NCBI RefSeq assembly: GCF_001186125.1
Contig: NW_014040445.1
Location: forward strand, 29,652 to 93,651
Length of the DNA: 64,000 nt
Origin: Sphaeroforma arctica JP610
Taxonomy: Eukaryota
Direction of reading: 5' to 3'
Of the stretch, positions 35,987 to 58,964 are shown in pieces (position 1 is the stretch's first letter; each line of letters starts with the position of its first letter). The position numbers and the translations under genes are program-made. Below the pieces are notes generated by a model. It did not search any database. It saw only the letters and a list, made by a program, of their open reading frames with translations, and was not told the DNA's origin.

Positions 35987-38900
35987 ATGGATAGCTCGTG
36001 GCACTCCTTGCCCGTAGCAGTGCTGCTGTTGGTATCCATTCTCAAATTCTACGTCGATCACTCACTACTCGTCGTCAGGAATGAACTGCCCTGGTAAGTG
36101 AGTGCACAATATGGTTATCGTTATTACTACTCTGTATTAGTTGAAGTCTCTAAAACTGTGGTGTAGTCGATGGTCCACGTGTTCCTACCTGGATGTCTTC
36201 GCTCGTCTGATCTACTTGTACATTTTGCCTATCTGTCAATCATAGGTCCATCACGTGCTGGAATCTTTTAACAACACTAGTGCTATCGCTAGCCTGGTGG
36301 GGTTTCAAGAAAAGAGACTGTGGCACAGTACGCATTAATCTGTCCTCTCAATACACATCAGAAGCAACTCCATGTGCAGTGGCCATCGCAGTCGCACAAC
36401 TTGCTCAAGCGTTCGCGCTCAAGCGCAACAGCGTATGTACACACGCCATTTCTAGTGCGTATGGACTGCTCTTGTCATTATGTATAGCACATGGCACTGA
36501 TATGTACGCAGGTATCTCAGCCTCAAAATACATCGAGACCCATCACTTCACCGCTCTAGGTGGGGCCATTCTAGCATTTCACTTCACATCGGTCGGCGAA
36601 GCTACGAGGGGCTGGGAGAGCACCTTACTGGAGGTCATCTGTTGGTGTAGTAGTGCGATTATGTTCACGCAGATCTCTCGTGTGGTTCTAGTATCTCAGC
36701 GATTGGCTGACTCTGTCACCGGTGACAGTGACCGTGATAACAAAGTGAGTGATCGAACACCACATGGCTGGTTGAGCTGGCTAATATGGCCTGTTTACGG
36801 CGCGAGTCCTCTAATCACCGCCTTAGCGCAGAGTTTGGGGTGCTTACTATTGCTGCTTATTTTAACTCCACTGATATACCAACCTTCCCTAATATTTTTT
36901 GGGATAAACACACATGGTCTATTCATATATCCACCGAGACCAATTGTGGATCCCACACGAAATAGCTACCTGCTACTATTGAGTTGCGTCTTTGCGTCTT
37001 TGCAATGGGTTTGTATCGTAGCTTACGCAACTAATCAGACTCGCCAGAAAGAGGAATGTTTTGAGACCGCATCTTCACAACGTGCTTTCATTTGCAGTGG
37101 TCGCAACGAATTGGCTGTCCTTGTGCACACTGGTATATGTTTGGTTGGTACTTCAGCCGTCGTATTCCGCACCGAAGTACAACAGAGTGAGGATCTTAGT
37201 TTGTGCATGTATGCTGCGATAGTCATTATTTTATTCGGACTGACAGCCTACTCTGGTAGAAGTATGTATTTACCATCGATGGAGCGGATCCCAAATCATG
37301 GAGGGCGAGTTGATTGGTTTGACTACGGGATTCCATACAGGTAAGGGATTTTGCGATGATACCAATTGCAACCTGCAGGCAATTTAGCATTCAATCCATG
37401 TCACAGCTGATGCACACCTATACTTATGACGTTTGTGGTTCCTATAGGACACTCAAAAAGTTGGACATCCCTCGGCCTGCGAAGGAATCAGTAGATCGCA
37501 GCCACTCATCTATTGTAGCCTCGTTGCTGACTCTGTGCTGCGTACTCGCCGTAACATCTTTGTTGACTCTGATTGAAAATTCTGGCAAAAAAAAGTGAGT
37601 GGGCTATGACTAGTCGATCCATACATATGAGAGCTTTTATCTTTCGATTTGATAGATCGGTATAATCTTTTGTTCTTACCCTCGCAATTTGTCTCAATCA
37701 TTCCAGCCACTATCCGTTTACCAGTGACTACTTGCTGCTCGCCAATGACGATCTTCGATCTGCAAAAGGGTACGAATATGTGGTGTATTTATTCTTGAAG
37801 TTTTGATTACATTTCATGTGACTCAATGTCGACTTCAGCATTGGCGTCCATCTTCTTTTGTCGTTCATCTAGAAGCCAGTTGGGAGCTATAACGAGTGTC
37901 CGCTTCAATGAGGGAATTCTACCGCTTTTTATCGAATGGAACATCGCTGCCGGAGTGAATCACTTCATCATTTGCGACGAAAATGACATCACTGGTGAGT
38001 TTGTTGCATTTTCATTGACGACCGGGCATGTGTCGATCGTAAGCATTCATTAGAATTTAGATGCGAATACGCCTATATTTGAGATAACTATAGTAGCAAA
38101 AGTAGAAGTTCCAGCATTGGCAACCATAAGCATGAAACATAAATACATTACAAAGCTAATGGATATAAACCTGATCGTACATAAATCTATCAAAAAACCA
38201 ATATACCAAGCTTCGATAAATATTGAACACATCTACAAAATACACATACACACAGCCAGAGTCGGCGAGTAGCACGAATTATACACACACAACATACGCA
38301 GACCACGTTGATTCTTTTGCGAACACACACTCATACAAAAACAAACACACACACAAACACATACATACACTCGCACACACGCACACACACATATATATAT
38401 ATACATATGTATATATATATATACATACANNNNNNNNNNNNNNNNNNNNNNNNNNNNNNNNNNNNNNNNNNNNNNNNNNNNNNNNNNNNNNNNNNNNNNN
38501 NNNNNNNNNNNNNNNNNNNNNNNNNNNNNNNNNNNNNNNNNNNNNNNNNNNNNNNNNNNNNNNNNNNNNNNNNNNNNNNNNNNNNNNNNNNNNNNNNNNN
38601 NNNNNNNNNNNNNNNNNNNNNNNNNNNNNNNNNNNNNNNNNNNNNNNNNNNNNNNNNNNNNNNNNNNNNNNNNNNNNNNNNNNNNNNNNNNNNNNNNNNN
38701 NNNNNNNNNNNNNNNNNNNNNNNNNNNNNNNNNNNNNNNNNNNNNNNNNNNNNNNNNNNNNNNNNNNNNNNNNNNNNNNNNNNNNNNNNNNNNNNNNNNN
38801 NNNNNNNNNNNNNNNNNNNNNNNNNNNNNNNNNNNNNNNNNNNNNNNNNNNNNNNNNNNNNNNNNNNNNNNNNNNNNNNNNNNNNNNNNNNNNNNNNNNN

Positions 38901-41900
38901 NNNNNNNNNNNNNNNNNNNNNNNNNNNNNNNNNNNNNNNNNNNNNNNNNNNNNNNNNNNNNNNNNNNNNNNNNNNNNNNNNNNNNNNNNNNNNNNNNNNN
39001 NNNNNNNNNNNNNNNNNNNNNNNNNNNNNNNNNNNNNNNNNNNNNNNNNNNNNNNNNNNNNNNNNNNNNNNNNNNNNNNNNNNNNNNNNNNNNNNNNNNN
39101 NNNNNNNNNNNNNNNNNNNNNNNNNNNNNNNNNNNNNNNNNNNNNNNNNNNNNNNNNNNNNNNNNNNNNNNNNNNNNNNNNNNNNNNNNNNNNNNNNNNN
39201 NNNNNNNNNNNNNNNNNNNNNNNNNNNNNNNNNNNNNNNNNNNNNNNNNNNNNNNNNNNNNNNNNNNNNNNNNNNNNNNNNNNNNNNNNNNNNNNNNNNN
39301 NNNNNNNNNNNNNNNNNNNNNNNNNNNNNNNNNNNNNNNNNNNNNNNNNNNNNNNNNNNNNNNNGTTATGCATATAAATATATGTATAGATATATATATA
39401 CGTATATATATATATTTATATATATATATACATATATACATACATAAATATCCATGTATTTTTATATATAGATAGAGATATATTTATATATATGGATATA
39501 TATATGTATCCATATACATATACATATATATATATATATAGATATAGATATATATATATATAATCTTCTATATCTATATATACATAATATTATATATATA
39601 TATATATGTATATATTAATGTGTATATATATATCTATATATATGTATACATATATATATATATATGTATAGACATGTATATAAATATATTGATAAAAGTT
39701 TATATATATATCTATATATATACATATATACATATATATTTATATATATTCATATGTATTCATAGATATATATATGTATATATTTAAATACTTTTGCGAA
39801 GCTACAAAAGCGCCTGTATAGTAACAAATTTTATTCTTCTTTCAAGATGCTAGCGTTTTCGGAATGCTAATAGATGTTTTCTGTTTGCATCGCGTAGTAT
39901 TTCTGCATTTCTTTACACCTTAAGATTCCCGGTTTCATTACGCACGAGATATTGTACGTTATTGAAATGACATTTGGTTGTCATCGATAGGTCCTGGTAG
40001 GCCCCAAAAGTCAGTTCCCTCTTATGTCTCTATGGATCGAATGACACAGACGACTGTGATACAATATCCACCTGAGCTACGTGGCTTGTCGAAGGCCGAA
40101 CGTGTCCGCAAAGCGCAACATTTAGGATTGTCAAAACAGGTGATTTGCTGATCTAGCGTGCGGATAGGACTGAAAGCACATTTTTCTTGAATTCAATTTG
40201 CGAAGAACAGTTATTTAAGCTCGATGGTCGTTGTATTTTGGAAATCTTATAAAGTGTCACACCTTTTCGCCGTACTTGAACAATCATTAGTTGATCGACC
40301 GCTTTCTCAGTCTGGGCGATGGGGCAGTGGAAGTTGAGAAACATCTCGGAACAGAAATGGAATGCAAGGCTCGCGCTTTCCACGTCTTCGCTAGAAGGTA
40401 AAATTATCTTGGATATTCACTATTTTTTGAAGTGGAACAGATATCATCAAATTCAAGGCTCTGCTAATTTGCTTCATTCGATGTTTATCGACACAGGATG
40501 TTTCATTGGACTGTTCTTTTATCGCCAGAAGAGTTTATAGGACAGTCGTTTAGGACCCTCCAAGCCAAATACGAAACATTATCGCTGGATGAAATCAGAC
40601 GGATCGGTGCTTTAGGTGTGTGGCGCAAAACATGATTTCTGCTACTCGCCCCAGTGGCCCTAAGCAATTTACATTGGATTTCCGCCATAAGTTTTAAGCC
40701 TATAATGTTTGTCATTCAGTTATACAACGAAGCTACATGGTTGGACCTTCATCGCACACATCGGCGCTCCCTGTGCACATTGGAGACTCCTTTTATGCAG
40801 CGGATCGACCACAAAGAAATACTCCCGCCAAGATGGTATGATAGTTTTGAGTCGAACATTTTTTCATGTAGTTTTTCCTCTAATTCCTGAACATAATGAC
40901 TTTGTACATTTGGCATAAACGTGCAGAGTGGACAAATCAATCCTGATTTTTTCCTAAACTTCACGCCCTATAGATTGGAGACCTCAACTATATACTTGTC
41001 ATTTAATTTTGCAGCTTTTATATGTAAACACTATACTAAATAATTATCCAAATACTGATAAAAATTGTGTCGTTTTGCAGATAGTACACATGGCGAAGGT
41101 GAATGAGCTTACGGATGAAAACACATTCACTCTTTCCGAATCATACCAAGGAGCGAATTCAGACGGGAGTATTGTCCTTCCCTCAACTTTAAGTTCACAG
41201 CTCGGTAAAAAGGCTTTTCAAAAGGACTTCGATGGGCTTTTCGACTTCCACTATGGACTTGGTACGAAACACAGCACTATGAACGCGTGGTTGTGGATTA
41301 GCATACATCAAGCTTATTGCAATGAGCTGAAAATCTCAAAACTTGCCCGTTCTAAAGTTTAAAATATTGTAATGCAGGGCTAACATATTATGGGTTGAAG
41401 TTAAGTGCCAAAGTAACCGCAGAAGAGCATGGAATGCGGGCCTCGACTCCCAGTGCTTCTGATTCTTCTTTCAAGGATTGGATAGAAATGAATACACCGC
41501 CGTACAATAACTTGGGAAAACTCAGGTAAACATTTCAGAGGGAGCATTTGACGGTGCTGTACGCAATCTACGCACATTGTCGCACAAATGGATCAGGAGC
41601 TACCGCTATACGTTTAACGCCTTTCGCTAAATGTTAAACATCTTAAAACGAAAGCCTCATAGATTTTATGTATTGGGATATACAGTAAATATTATTCCAG
41701 GCGAGTGGAGAAGACGCTCACCGGCAGACCATGCATAACCACTATTCCGATCAAGTTGCCTTTTGAGATATCGGAATCTACGGGTCGAATATGGTCTATG
41801 CTTAGTTCCGGGTATATGCTAGACGATTCTGGGTTTGCTGACCACAATCTCATGGGGTATGTTATACAATACTCTTTTACGCTCGATAGTATCAGTAAAC

Positions 41901-42424
41901 AGTGTAAGTATACATAGACATTAAGACTTACTTAATACCATGTCCTTTTAATATTTTCCATTTTGAGTTCCATATCCGAGAACCTCAATTTTCTTGCCTA
42001 AATCGTGATCAAATATGCTATAACTTCACTTTTAAGGATGTTTGTACAATTATATCGCAACCATCACCACTCGTCTCCACACGTATAGACAATAGTACTT
42101 CTGCCGGCTCTACTCCTGTTCGTCGGTGTGAGACGAACTAGTACCTTCGGAAAATTTAAACTCGAGAGCGTCGCTGCCATTCACAGAGCCCGCACACTTT
42201 TAAAGGTCGCCACATTGCAAGAACGTACGCATCTATTGAAGACGGCTCCCATTATTGTCCCGGGCTTACTCTACTATGAACTCAAAATGTATTACAGAGC
42301 CACTGAGGTGTGCAATACAGCTGCTGCATCATCGGATCCGCTCATATCACTGCTGAAGCTCGAGGGGAAGGCAAATGAGTGCAAGTGGCAGTGGACCCAG
42401 AAGAACATATCCACAACCTGTTAA
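35987..42424 (+). CDS. Multi-exon gene: multi-pass membrane N-terminus followed by a GT92/GT2-like glycosyltransferase domain
   Basis: ATG 35987 ([15 protein letters not shown]), hydrophobic 354-aa ORF 36280-37344 ending at GTAAG, exon with [34 protein letters not shown], and further GT-AG exons to a stop at 42424. Spans an N gap, so continuity is inferred. Confidence 0.55.
38430..39364. other. Assembly gap (935 N) flanked by TA microsatellite
   Basis: N run with (TA)n/(CA)n on both sides (about 38340-39790). Confidence 0.99.
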
Positions 42425-43178
42425 AGGCGTATGCCACAGGATCCCATTGGGGAACCAATTTGCACGGGCTTTCAGGCACCTTACAGACTAGACCATTGCA
42501 AAACTCACATTATTGCTTATATGTGAATCAGTAAAAATGAATCTAGATGTTCGTATATAGGTACATACCCGAAATACTGACGGTACAGCCCGCTGTAAAG
42601 AAAATGGTGAATAGCAAGCATATGAAAGCTCTCGTTCTGGAAATTCAAGGTGCCATACAGCAACAAACTCACATTAAACATCGGAGAGGGTAAAATGTCG
42701 GTGATACACCTCAACGGCTGACTGCTTGCGATGCACTATATGAAATACTAATAGCACAGTGCTACAGCATCCTCCGTCCGATTCAGTTTAGAAGGCCAGG
42801 GTGCCGGGTTATACTCAGGTGAGCTCCAGGGATAGACTTCGTTCACAAGAAATGGATATTGTTGGGTATACGCATGCGATGAGCGCCAAACCCACACTCG
42901 AATTCTCTAACGAAATTATACTTTATAGGGAAATAAATTATAATCATACTTGCTACATCAAATCAATTCTTCCCGAGCGAAAGCGACACAGAATTACACG
43001 ACAAAAGCTATTTTTCCAGGAACCCGAACCTTTAATAAGCAGATTTTTTTTTTAAAGGGAACGCAATTCTGAAGAACCAGTTTCGGGCAGAAACGCGGGC
43101 GAATGGCATCCGCCAGGTCTCACCCAAATCACTATCTTCAGCGTCGACCGTGCAACGAAGGTCAATGCCGAATGTATA

Positions 43179-52607
<9,429 letters not shown>

Positions 52608-53049
52608 ACTGGGTACCACAAGTGCTTCAGGATCCTCTACTCGAGACTTCCGTTCTCGCTTACTGCGCTTCGAATGCTTACCCCCCACGAAGAATGTAAT
52701 ACAGCCCCCAATCTGTGACAACTAAGCGACAGCGCGCAACCAACCTGTGCATTCAATACAAATTCGCGGGATGTTCAATTCGTTTCGGACCTAGCTTGTT
52801 TGTTTTCTATATATATATATTTATACACATTTATATATATATGAATACATATAAATTTTCTGTGAGATGATATTTTTTTATTTTCGAGTTTTAAATTTTT
52901 GCACACAAAAGAGGCGATAGAGTGAGTGAATATATTTATATTCGAATTCACTCGAATATTTTTCATGATCCGTGCGGAACAGCGAACACTGCATAGTGCA
53001 TACTACGGCATATAAATATCTAATAAATACGTTCCGATTTTATCTGTGC

Positions 53050-53251
53050 TTGTGTTTATTTGTATCTGCGCCCCTACAAATCCGCTTGCAAGGTGTACTT
53101 ATACTTGAATAATACACACACACATATTATATATATATATATACTATATATAGTACACGTACGTACGACGTAGACGAGACGAGACGACGAGAGAGAGNNN
53201 NNNNNNNNNNNNNNNNNTATATATATATTATATACATATATAATAATATAT

Positions 53252-53288
<37 letters not shown>

Positions 53289-53370
53289 TTATTTATATAT
53301 ATATATATATATATGAGTGTGTGTGTGTGTGTGTGTGGGTGGGTGTGTGTGTGTATGTACGTATATTGTG
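53050..53370. repeat. Microsatellite with a small N gap
   Basis: (TA)n/(TG)n; Ns at 53198-53217. Confidence 0.9.
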
Positions 53371-54049
53371 GTATGTTTTATTTATTGAATAGTACAGGGA
53401 GTAGTTGATGACTCCACTGGTAATTGCTACATGCCAGTAATCGACGAGGAGTGCCTTCAAAGTTTGCAGTGATTACAATTAAACGGCATATTGGTTTTGT
53501 CTACCCGTGTTGATAGGAACCATTGATCTACGATAGCAATGCGCAAGCACAATCTTGTATAGCACGTGTATGTGTATTTGTTTGACGCTCAAATTTCTGT
53601 CATCACACCATCTCGTTCTCATGAGTATCAATTGGATCACAAAAGCATGGTTCTTGAACGCTCCTATATGTTGCAAATAGGTACACAACAAATTTGAGAA
53701 TTCCAAATCTTCAACCGAGCAGTTATAGGCTCGTGAGAAAGACAGTATATGTCTCATTTTTAATAATTCGTGTAATATCACGATGTGCTGTGCGATAGCG
53801 ATCAGAATGATATCCAGCTGTGCCTCCAGTGGTTTGTAGCCAGACACCCGTTAGGGGTCGAGTACATGGAAATGAACTAATCGGCAGGTATGCTATGTTC
53901 GACCCGGTCACCAGAGACGAGAGGATTGTGGTGACAATTTCGATATGTTGAATTATATTGCAATTAAATCTGCACATCATAGTCATTTTATGAGAGATGG
54001 CCAATCTGTTCGACTCAAAGGTTGGAATGAAAACCTTTGCTTGCCAGCT

Positions 54050-57000
54050 TAGTACTGGATGATGTTAGGCCTGTCTTGCTCAGTGGCAATATGCTACAAA
54101 AATTTTAGTACTATACACTGATTAAGGTATAATTTATTTAGAGTGCGCTTGAGAAGTGATCGTGTAGTAAAAGAACAACCTTTCCATAGACCATTGAATC
54201 CGTTTCGGAGTCCTCGGCCATTTCAAGGAGTATCTCTCTTATTCTCAGCCGAATGAGCACCCTGCGGAGTAAGAAAGGGACGTAAAGATTAGTACTTAGA
54301 ATACTGACAGAAAGTATGCTTTTGAACTCGTACACATATGTAGGTACATGCGCACTTACTTCGCATATGGATTTTTTCGTTGACCAGCGCTTTGCCCAGT
54401 TTTCAAGACGTTGTCTAAACACTCCAGGATGACGTGCGCCAGCCGGTCTTCTTGTCCAAGCAGACAGACAAGGGGATCGAGCACTCCAAGACTAACAATA
54501 TGCTCAATGTGCGCTGGACTTGCCCCCGAAGTGAGGTTCGCCAAAGCCCAGACAGCCTCCTTCTGGGTGCGGAAAGGCTCAGTGGACGCCATTTTAACAA
54601 GAATCGGCAGTATGTCTTCGTCGAAAACGAGCTGTACCTGTGGCGTAGTGCCTGCTGTGATGTTGGACAGTGTCCAGCATGTCTCTTTACGGATGGCAGC
54701 GTGTTCATTCGTGAGAAGTTCTTTCAATGCCGGCAATGCGCCACAGTTGAGAACTTGCTGCGTCTGGTGATCTTCGCCAGTTGCGATGTTGCCGATCGTA
54801 CGAAGAGCTGCAATTAAAGCATTTCATGCGCGATTAGATGATATCTGTGCACTGAGCTACTTTCGATAATAATACTTCCAATACAAACGCTACGAGACAT
54901 TTTTTCAACATACGAATAGGATGCAGTATATGGTACATAATAGAGATACGCACCAGGTGTGACGACGTGCAGGGATTCGTGTTTGAGTAGATTTACTAGA
55001 CGCTTAGTGATATCCAAGTCGAGGACTGCTTGTATCTTCTCATTCTCTCCATCCGTCAGATATGATAGTCCCCAACATATGTCTATAAGCACTTCCCTGT
55101 ATAGGCAAGGTAGTGTATGATATAATCAGCTTTCAAGTGTACATGAGCGCGATGATGCAATCGAAACTCGGGCTAGTACAGGTGCGATCATACGGAATGT
55201 GGTGCTGCAGATTCATCGCACAGAACTGACGCTGTATTGTACAAGTCATGCAAAAAATAGAGCACTCAATATACCTGTCAGCTCGGTATATTAATGATTT
55301 GAAGATGGGAAGTGCCTCCTTCACCTGACACATGTCCACAGCTGGTTTACCTCGACATATGTTTGACAGAGTCCACGTCGCATTTCGGAGTAAAGACACG
55401 CGCTCAGTCGTGCGAAGTATCTCCAGAAGCGGAGGAAGACAGTTTGCCGCCAAAATCAAGTCTCGATACTCGGCACAAGTCCCGGCCACATTGCCTAAAC
55501 CCCACACCGCTTGCTAAAAGAAAGACTTAAGCATGAGTTGTACAAAAAAACTTTCATATGACCAAGAAAACGGGTGAGTGTACATAGCATTTTGGCACTA
55601 GAGATGCATCAGAGAATGTGATGCCAATATCATACCTCTACGGTTTGGACATCGTTTGACTTCAAGAGATGAATAAACGCAGGAACTCCGCCCGCCTCAA
55701 TGACCAACTTGGCGTGGCTTTGAGAGTCCGACGCTAAATTTGTCAAACACCAGGCCTGTGATACAGTATTCGTAAAAATTGTGTTGGAGTACTAATGGAG
55801 CGCGCCGAATTCTAAACACATATCAAAGAATCTGTTATGAATTCAAACCTGCGTATTGCTGGGGGTTCTCACCGTTTCGAATTGAAGTCCGGGGAGATCA
55901 TCTGCTAACATGAACCGAAGGAGATCCGGGAGGATACCCGTTGCCACCACCTGTGCAACTGGAGGGCTGCGCTCGTGTGAGAGCAGTTTTCGTAGTTGTT
56001 GTGCGGCCCGCATGCGCACAGCATTTGCATTGTGCAAGTTTCCCGCAGCTCGTAGGTCGTTTACAATTGCCGGAAGCAGAGCATCCAGTTGCTGGTCGAA
56101 TGTATTTCCAGAACTCGGACTTTGTGTTCCACTTGGGGCTGTGAGAAGTTAACGTTAGACAAAGAAAAAGGTATATCATTACTATCATGTAACGAGTACA
56201 AATAGTAGAGAGTATAAGACTGCCACTTGTATTCTGAGATCGTTTATGCTATTGCCTTCCAAATATGACAAAAAAAACTGGGATTTGGTGTATTTCACTA
56301 GAGGCTGTGAAAGGCTGCATACATAGTAGAATACGAGTATATAAAAGAAGATGTGATTCAAGGCTCGAAACGAGTAGAACTGCGACCTGAGCCACGAGAA
56401 ATTTCATATGTAGTGTATTGCTGTCCATACACTGCGCGGGATACTCATCCGAGATAAGTAGTTTGCTGACAAGAAAGATACCAAAATGTCAGTTACAAAA
56501 ACTTAAGGGTCGCTACACATACCAATGCAGCTTATTTTCCTTCTCTCGCACATGGCCTGGTCTCTGACATGCTGTCTCTTTAACCGGACGGACCGATTTA
56601 CATGAGCAGCGATTGCGGTCCAGTGAGTCGAGCTCGTCTGCCGAGTATAAAACAGTCAATACACAAGGCGGTCGTGCTACGATTTGAATAATTTGTGATC
56701 GAAACCAGACACTCATCACCTAGAAAATACTGATCCAATAGGTCGCCATTCAACTGTCCCATACACCGGACATGCGATCATGTGTTTGCAATGGAGGTGA
56801 AACATATACTGGTCCGGCATCATGGTGCTACCTTACCTGTCTGGGTGGAGCGAAAATCCGCTCAATATTTTCACCGCTTCCTGTTCTTGCTGGAACGTTT
56901 TGATGTATTGTGGGCAGTGTCGCACGCGTTGATATTGCCCCACTTCTTCCTGGTATCTCCATGGGGTGGCTGCTGAAAAGTTGATGAACTGTTGTCAGGG

Positions 57001-57282
57001 CTGTTCAAAATGTGTGTGCACTGTTAAAAAGTGCATATTCTAAACAAGATAAATACACATTTTCTTTTCACTCTGGTGTATCTACCTTTCTGAAGTCGCT
57101 TTGTCGAACAGCACGACAGTTGGAGTTTCAATTGTTCGTGATGCAGTATCTGACACTTTCATGTTTGCCATTGTATTTGTTAAGTTATCTGTACTTACAT
57201 CCGCGGGACCTGTTGTTTTTGATGACAAAGACCTCGTTCCAGAACACATACTGCTACCAGTACCGGAGCTCCCTGCTGACAT
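54050..57282 (-). CDS. Divergent importin subunit alpha (ARM repeats), multi-exon
   Basis: [93 protein letters not shown]. The last exon and stop are approximate. Confidence 0.9.
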
Positions 57283-57546
57283 TCTTAAATGCTATCACAA
57301 TGTCGTGCTTGTAGTATGGGGAATAGCCTTATCTATCCCCATCAGGTTCATATTTTTGATAGAAGTTGAGTCGGGTTGGGGTTTTCTTGAAATAAATCTC
57401 ATGCTGTATTGTTAAAAAAGGTTTTTATAAAAACAATTGTCAATATTTAGATGCTTTTAGTGCCAGAACATATTTGCTAAAACAGGCTCTGGGATACATA
57501 AATATATAAATATACATATGTACATATACATTCCAATGCGACTTGT

Positions 57547-57595
57547 AAGCAATAACAAGCAGTAACAAGCAGTAACAAGCAATAACAAGCAGCAA
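57547..57595 (+). repeat. 10-bp tandem repeat (AACAAGCA[G/A]T) upstream of the NDUFA13 ATG
   Basis: aagcaataacaagcagtaacaagcagtaacaagcaataacaagcagc. Confidence 0.8.
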
Positions 57596-57600
57596 ACACC

Positions 57601-58790
57601 ATGTCGACATTCAAGCCTCCTCAGGAAATGCCACCTCCAGGTTAGTATGGCGTAACGAGTAAATCATCTAGTACTAGCATTTGTAAGTGTATTCTGGAAT
57701 GACTCAACAGGTGGTGTGTAGATATTTTATAGGCAGTGTGTGAACAAGCAATATGTCGACATTCAAGCCGCCTCAGGAAATACCACCTCCAGATTAGTAT
57801 GGCATATTGAGTATACCACCAAGTACTAGAAATATAAGTGTATTCTGGGGTGACCAACAGGTAGTCAAGGTGTTCTCTACTATATTTCACTCCTGCCACC
57901 TTGTATCATTTACTACACCTTGGTATTACATACATGAGTACCTAAAAAGTGTAGATAAAATGGCTAGTCGCAGACGATAGTAACTATCTGCGTTTATTAT
58001 TGTGCGCTTATACGTGTGACGCTAAGACAATACAAACGTATGGGCTACAACTGAGATGCGGAGTTGAGATAAATGATTTCGGAGACGATATTTGCATACT
58101 TCTTTAATTACAGTCTGCCAACTCTTTTTCTTGATGAGAATACTATATTGTACTTCCGGTCCTTTCTTGTCCAACAGATTCTGCACTTCCGTCATACATG
58201 TTCGTTCTGCACAGTGAGATGGCACACTGTTTTTTTGTGGTGAGTGCGTTCAATCTTAATTTATTCGCTTAGCAGGTTTCTGTGAGGATATAAGCGCTTG
58301 CAGTGGCTAGCTAATCAAATACAGAGTACTTATGGGGAAATATATACTCTGCCAAGTTGTGCTTGGCGCTTCAGCCTTAGACGTTGTAATGAACTTACCA
58401 CGGCTTTGGAAGACAGATATCCCTCGAGATTCCCGTACAGGTGGAAGGTTTTGTATGTAATTGTACAGTTTGATTTTTATAATTAAAGGTGGCTTTGCTT
58501 CGGTCGATTTCAAACGTAATCTGCCCAGACGCGGACCCCAGGGAACGACGATCTTTGCTATGGGAGCAGTAGCAATGGTCGGTGGATTGTACTTCATGGG
58601 TCAGGAAAATCGTAAGCGAAGGTATGCTGCTATGAACTATCGATCTGTCTGCAATGATAAATTATGATGGATTGTGCAGTGTAATGATATTATATCAAGA
58701 TTCTAGAATTATATACAAAATACATGTATGTATATATACCGACGCGTTTGTTTTTAAATTCACTCACTCACTCACTCACTCATATACATT

Positions 58791-58823
<33 letters not shown>

Positions 58824-58924
58824 TTACATATTTACACATATATTTATATATTTGTATGTATGTCTGTCTGTATGCATATATAGATATATAAATATATATA
58901 TAATTATATTTATATTTATATATA

Positions 58925-58964
<40 letters not shown>

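Noticed and set aside
38223..39447. Four 360-400 aa ORFs
   Set aside because: They are mostly X from the N gap.
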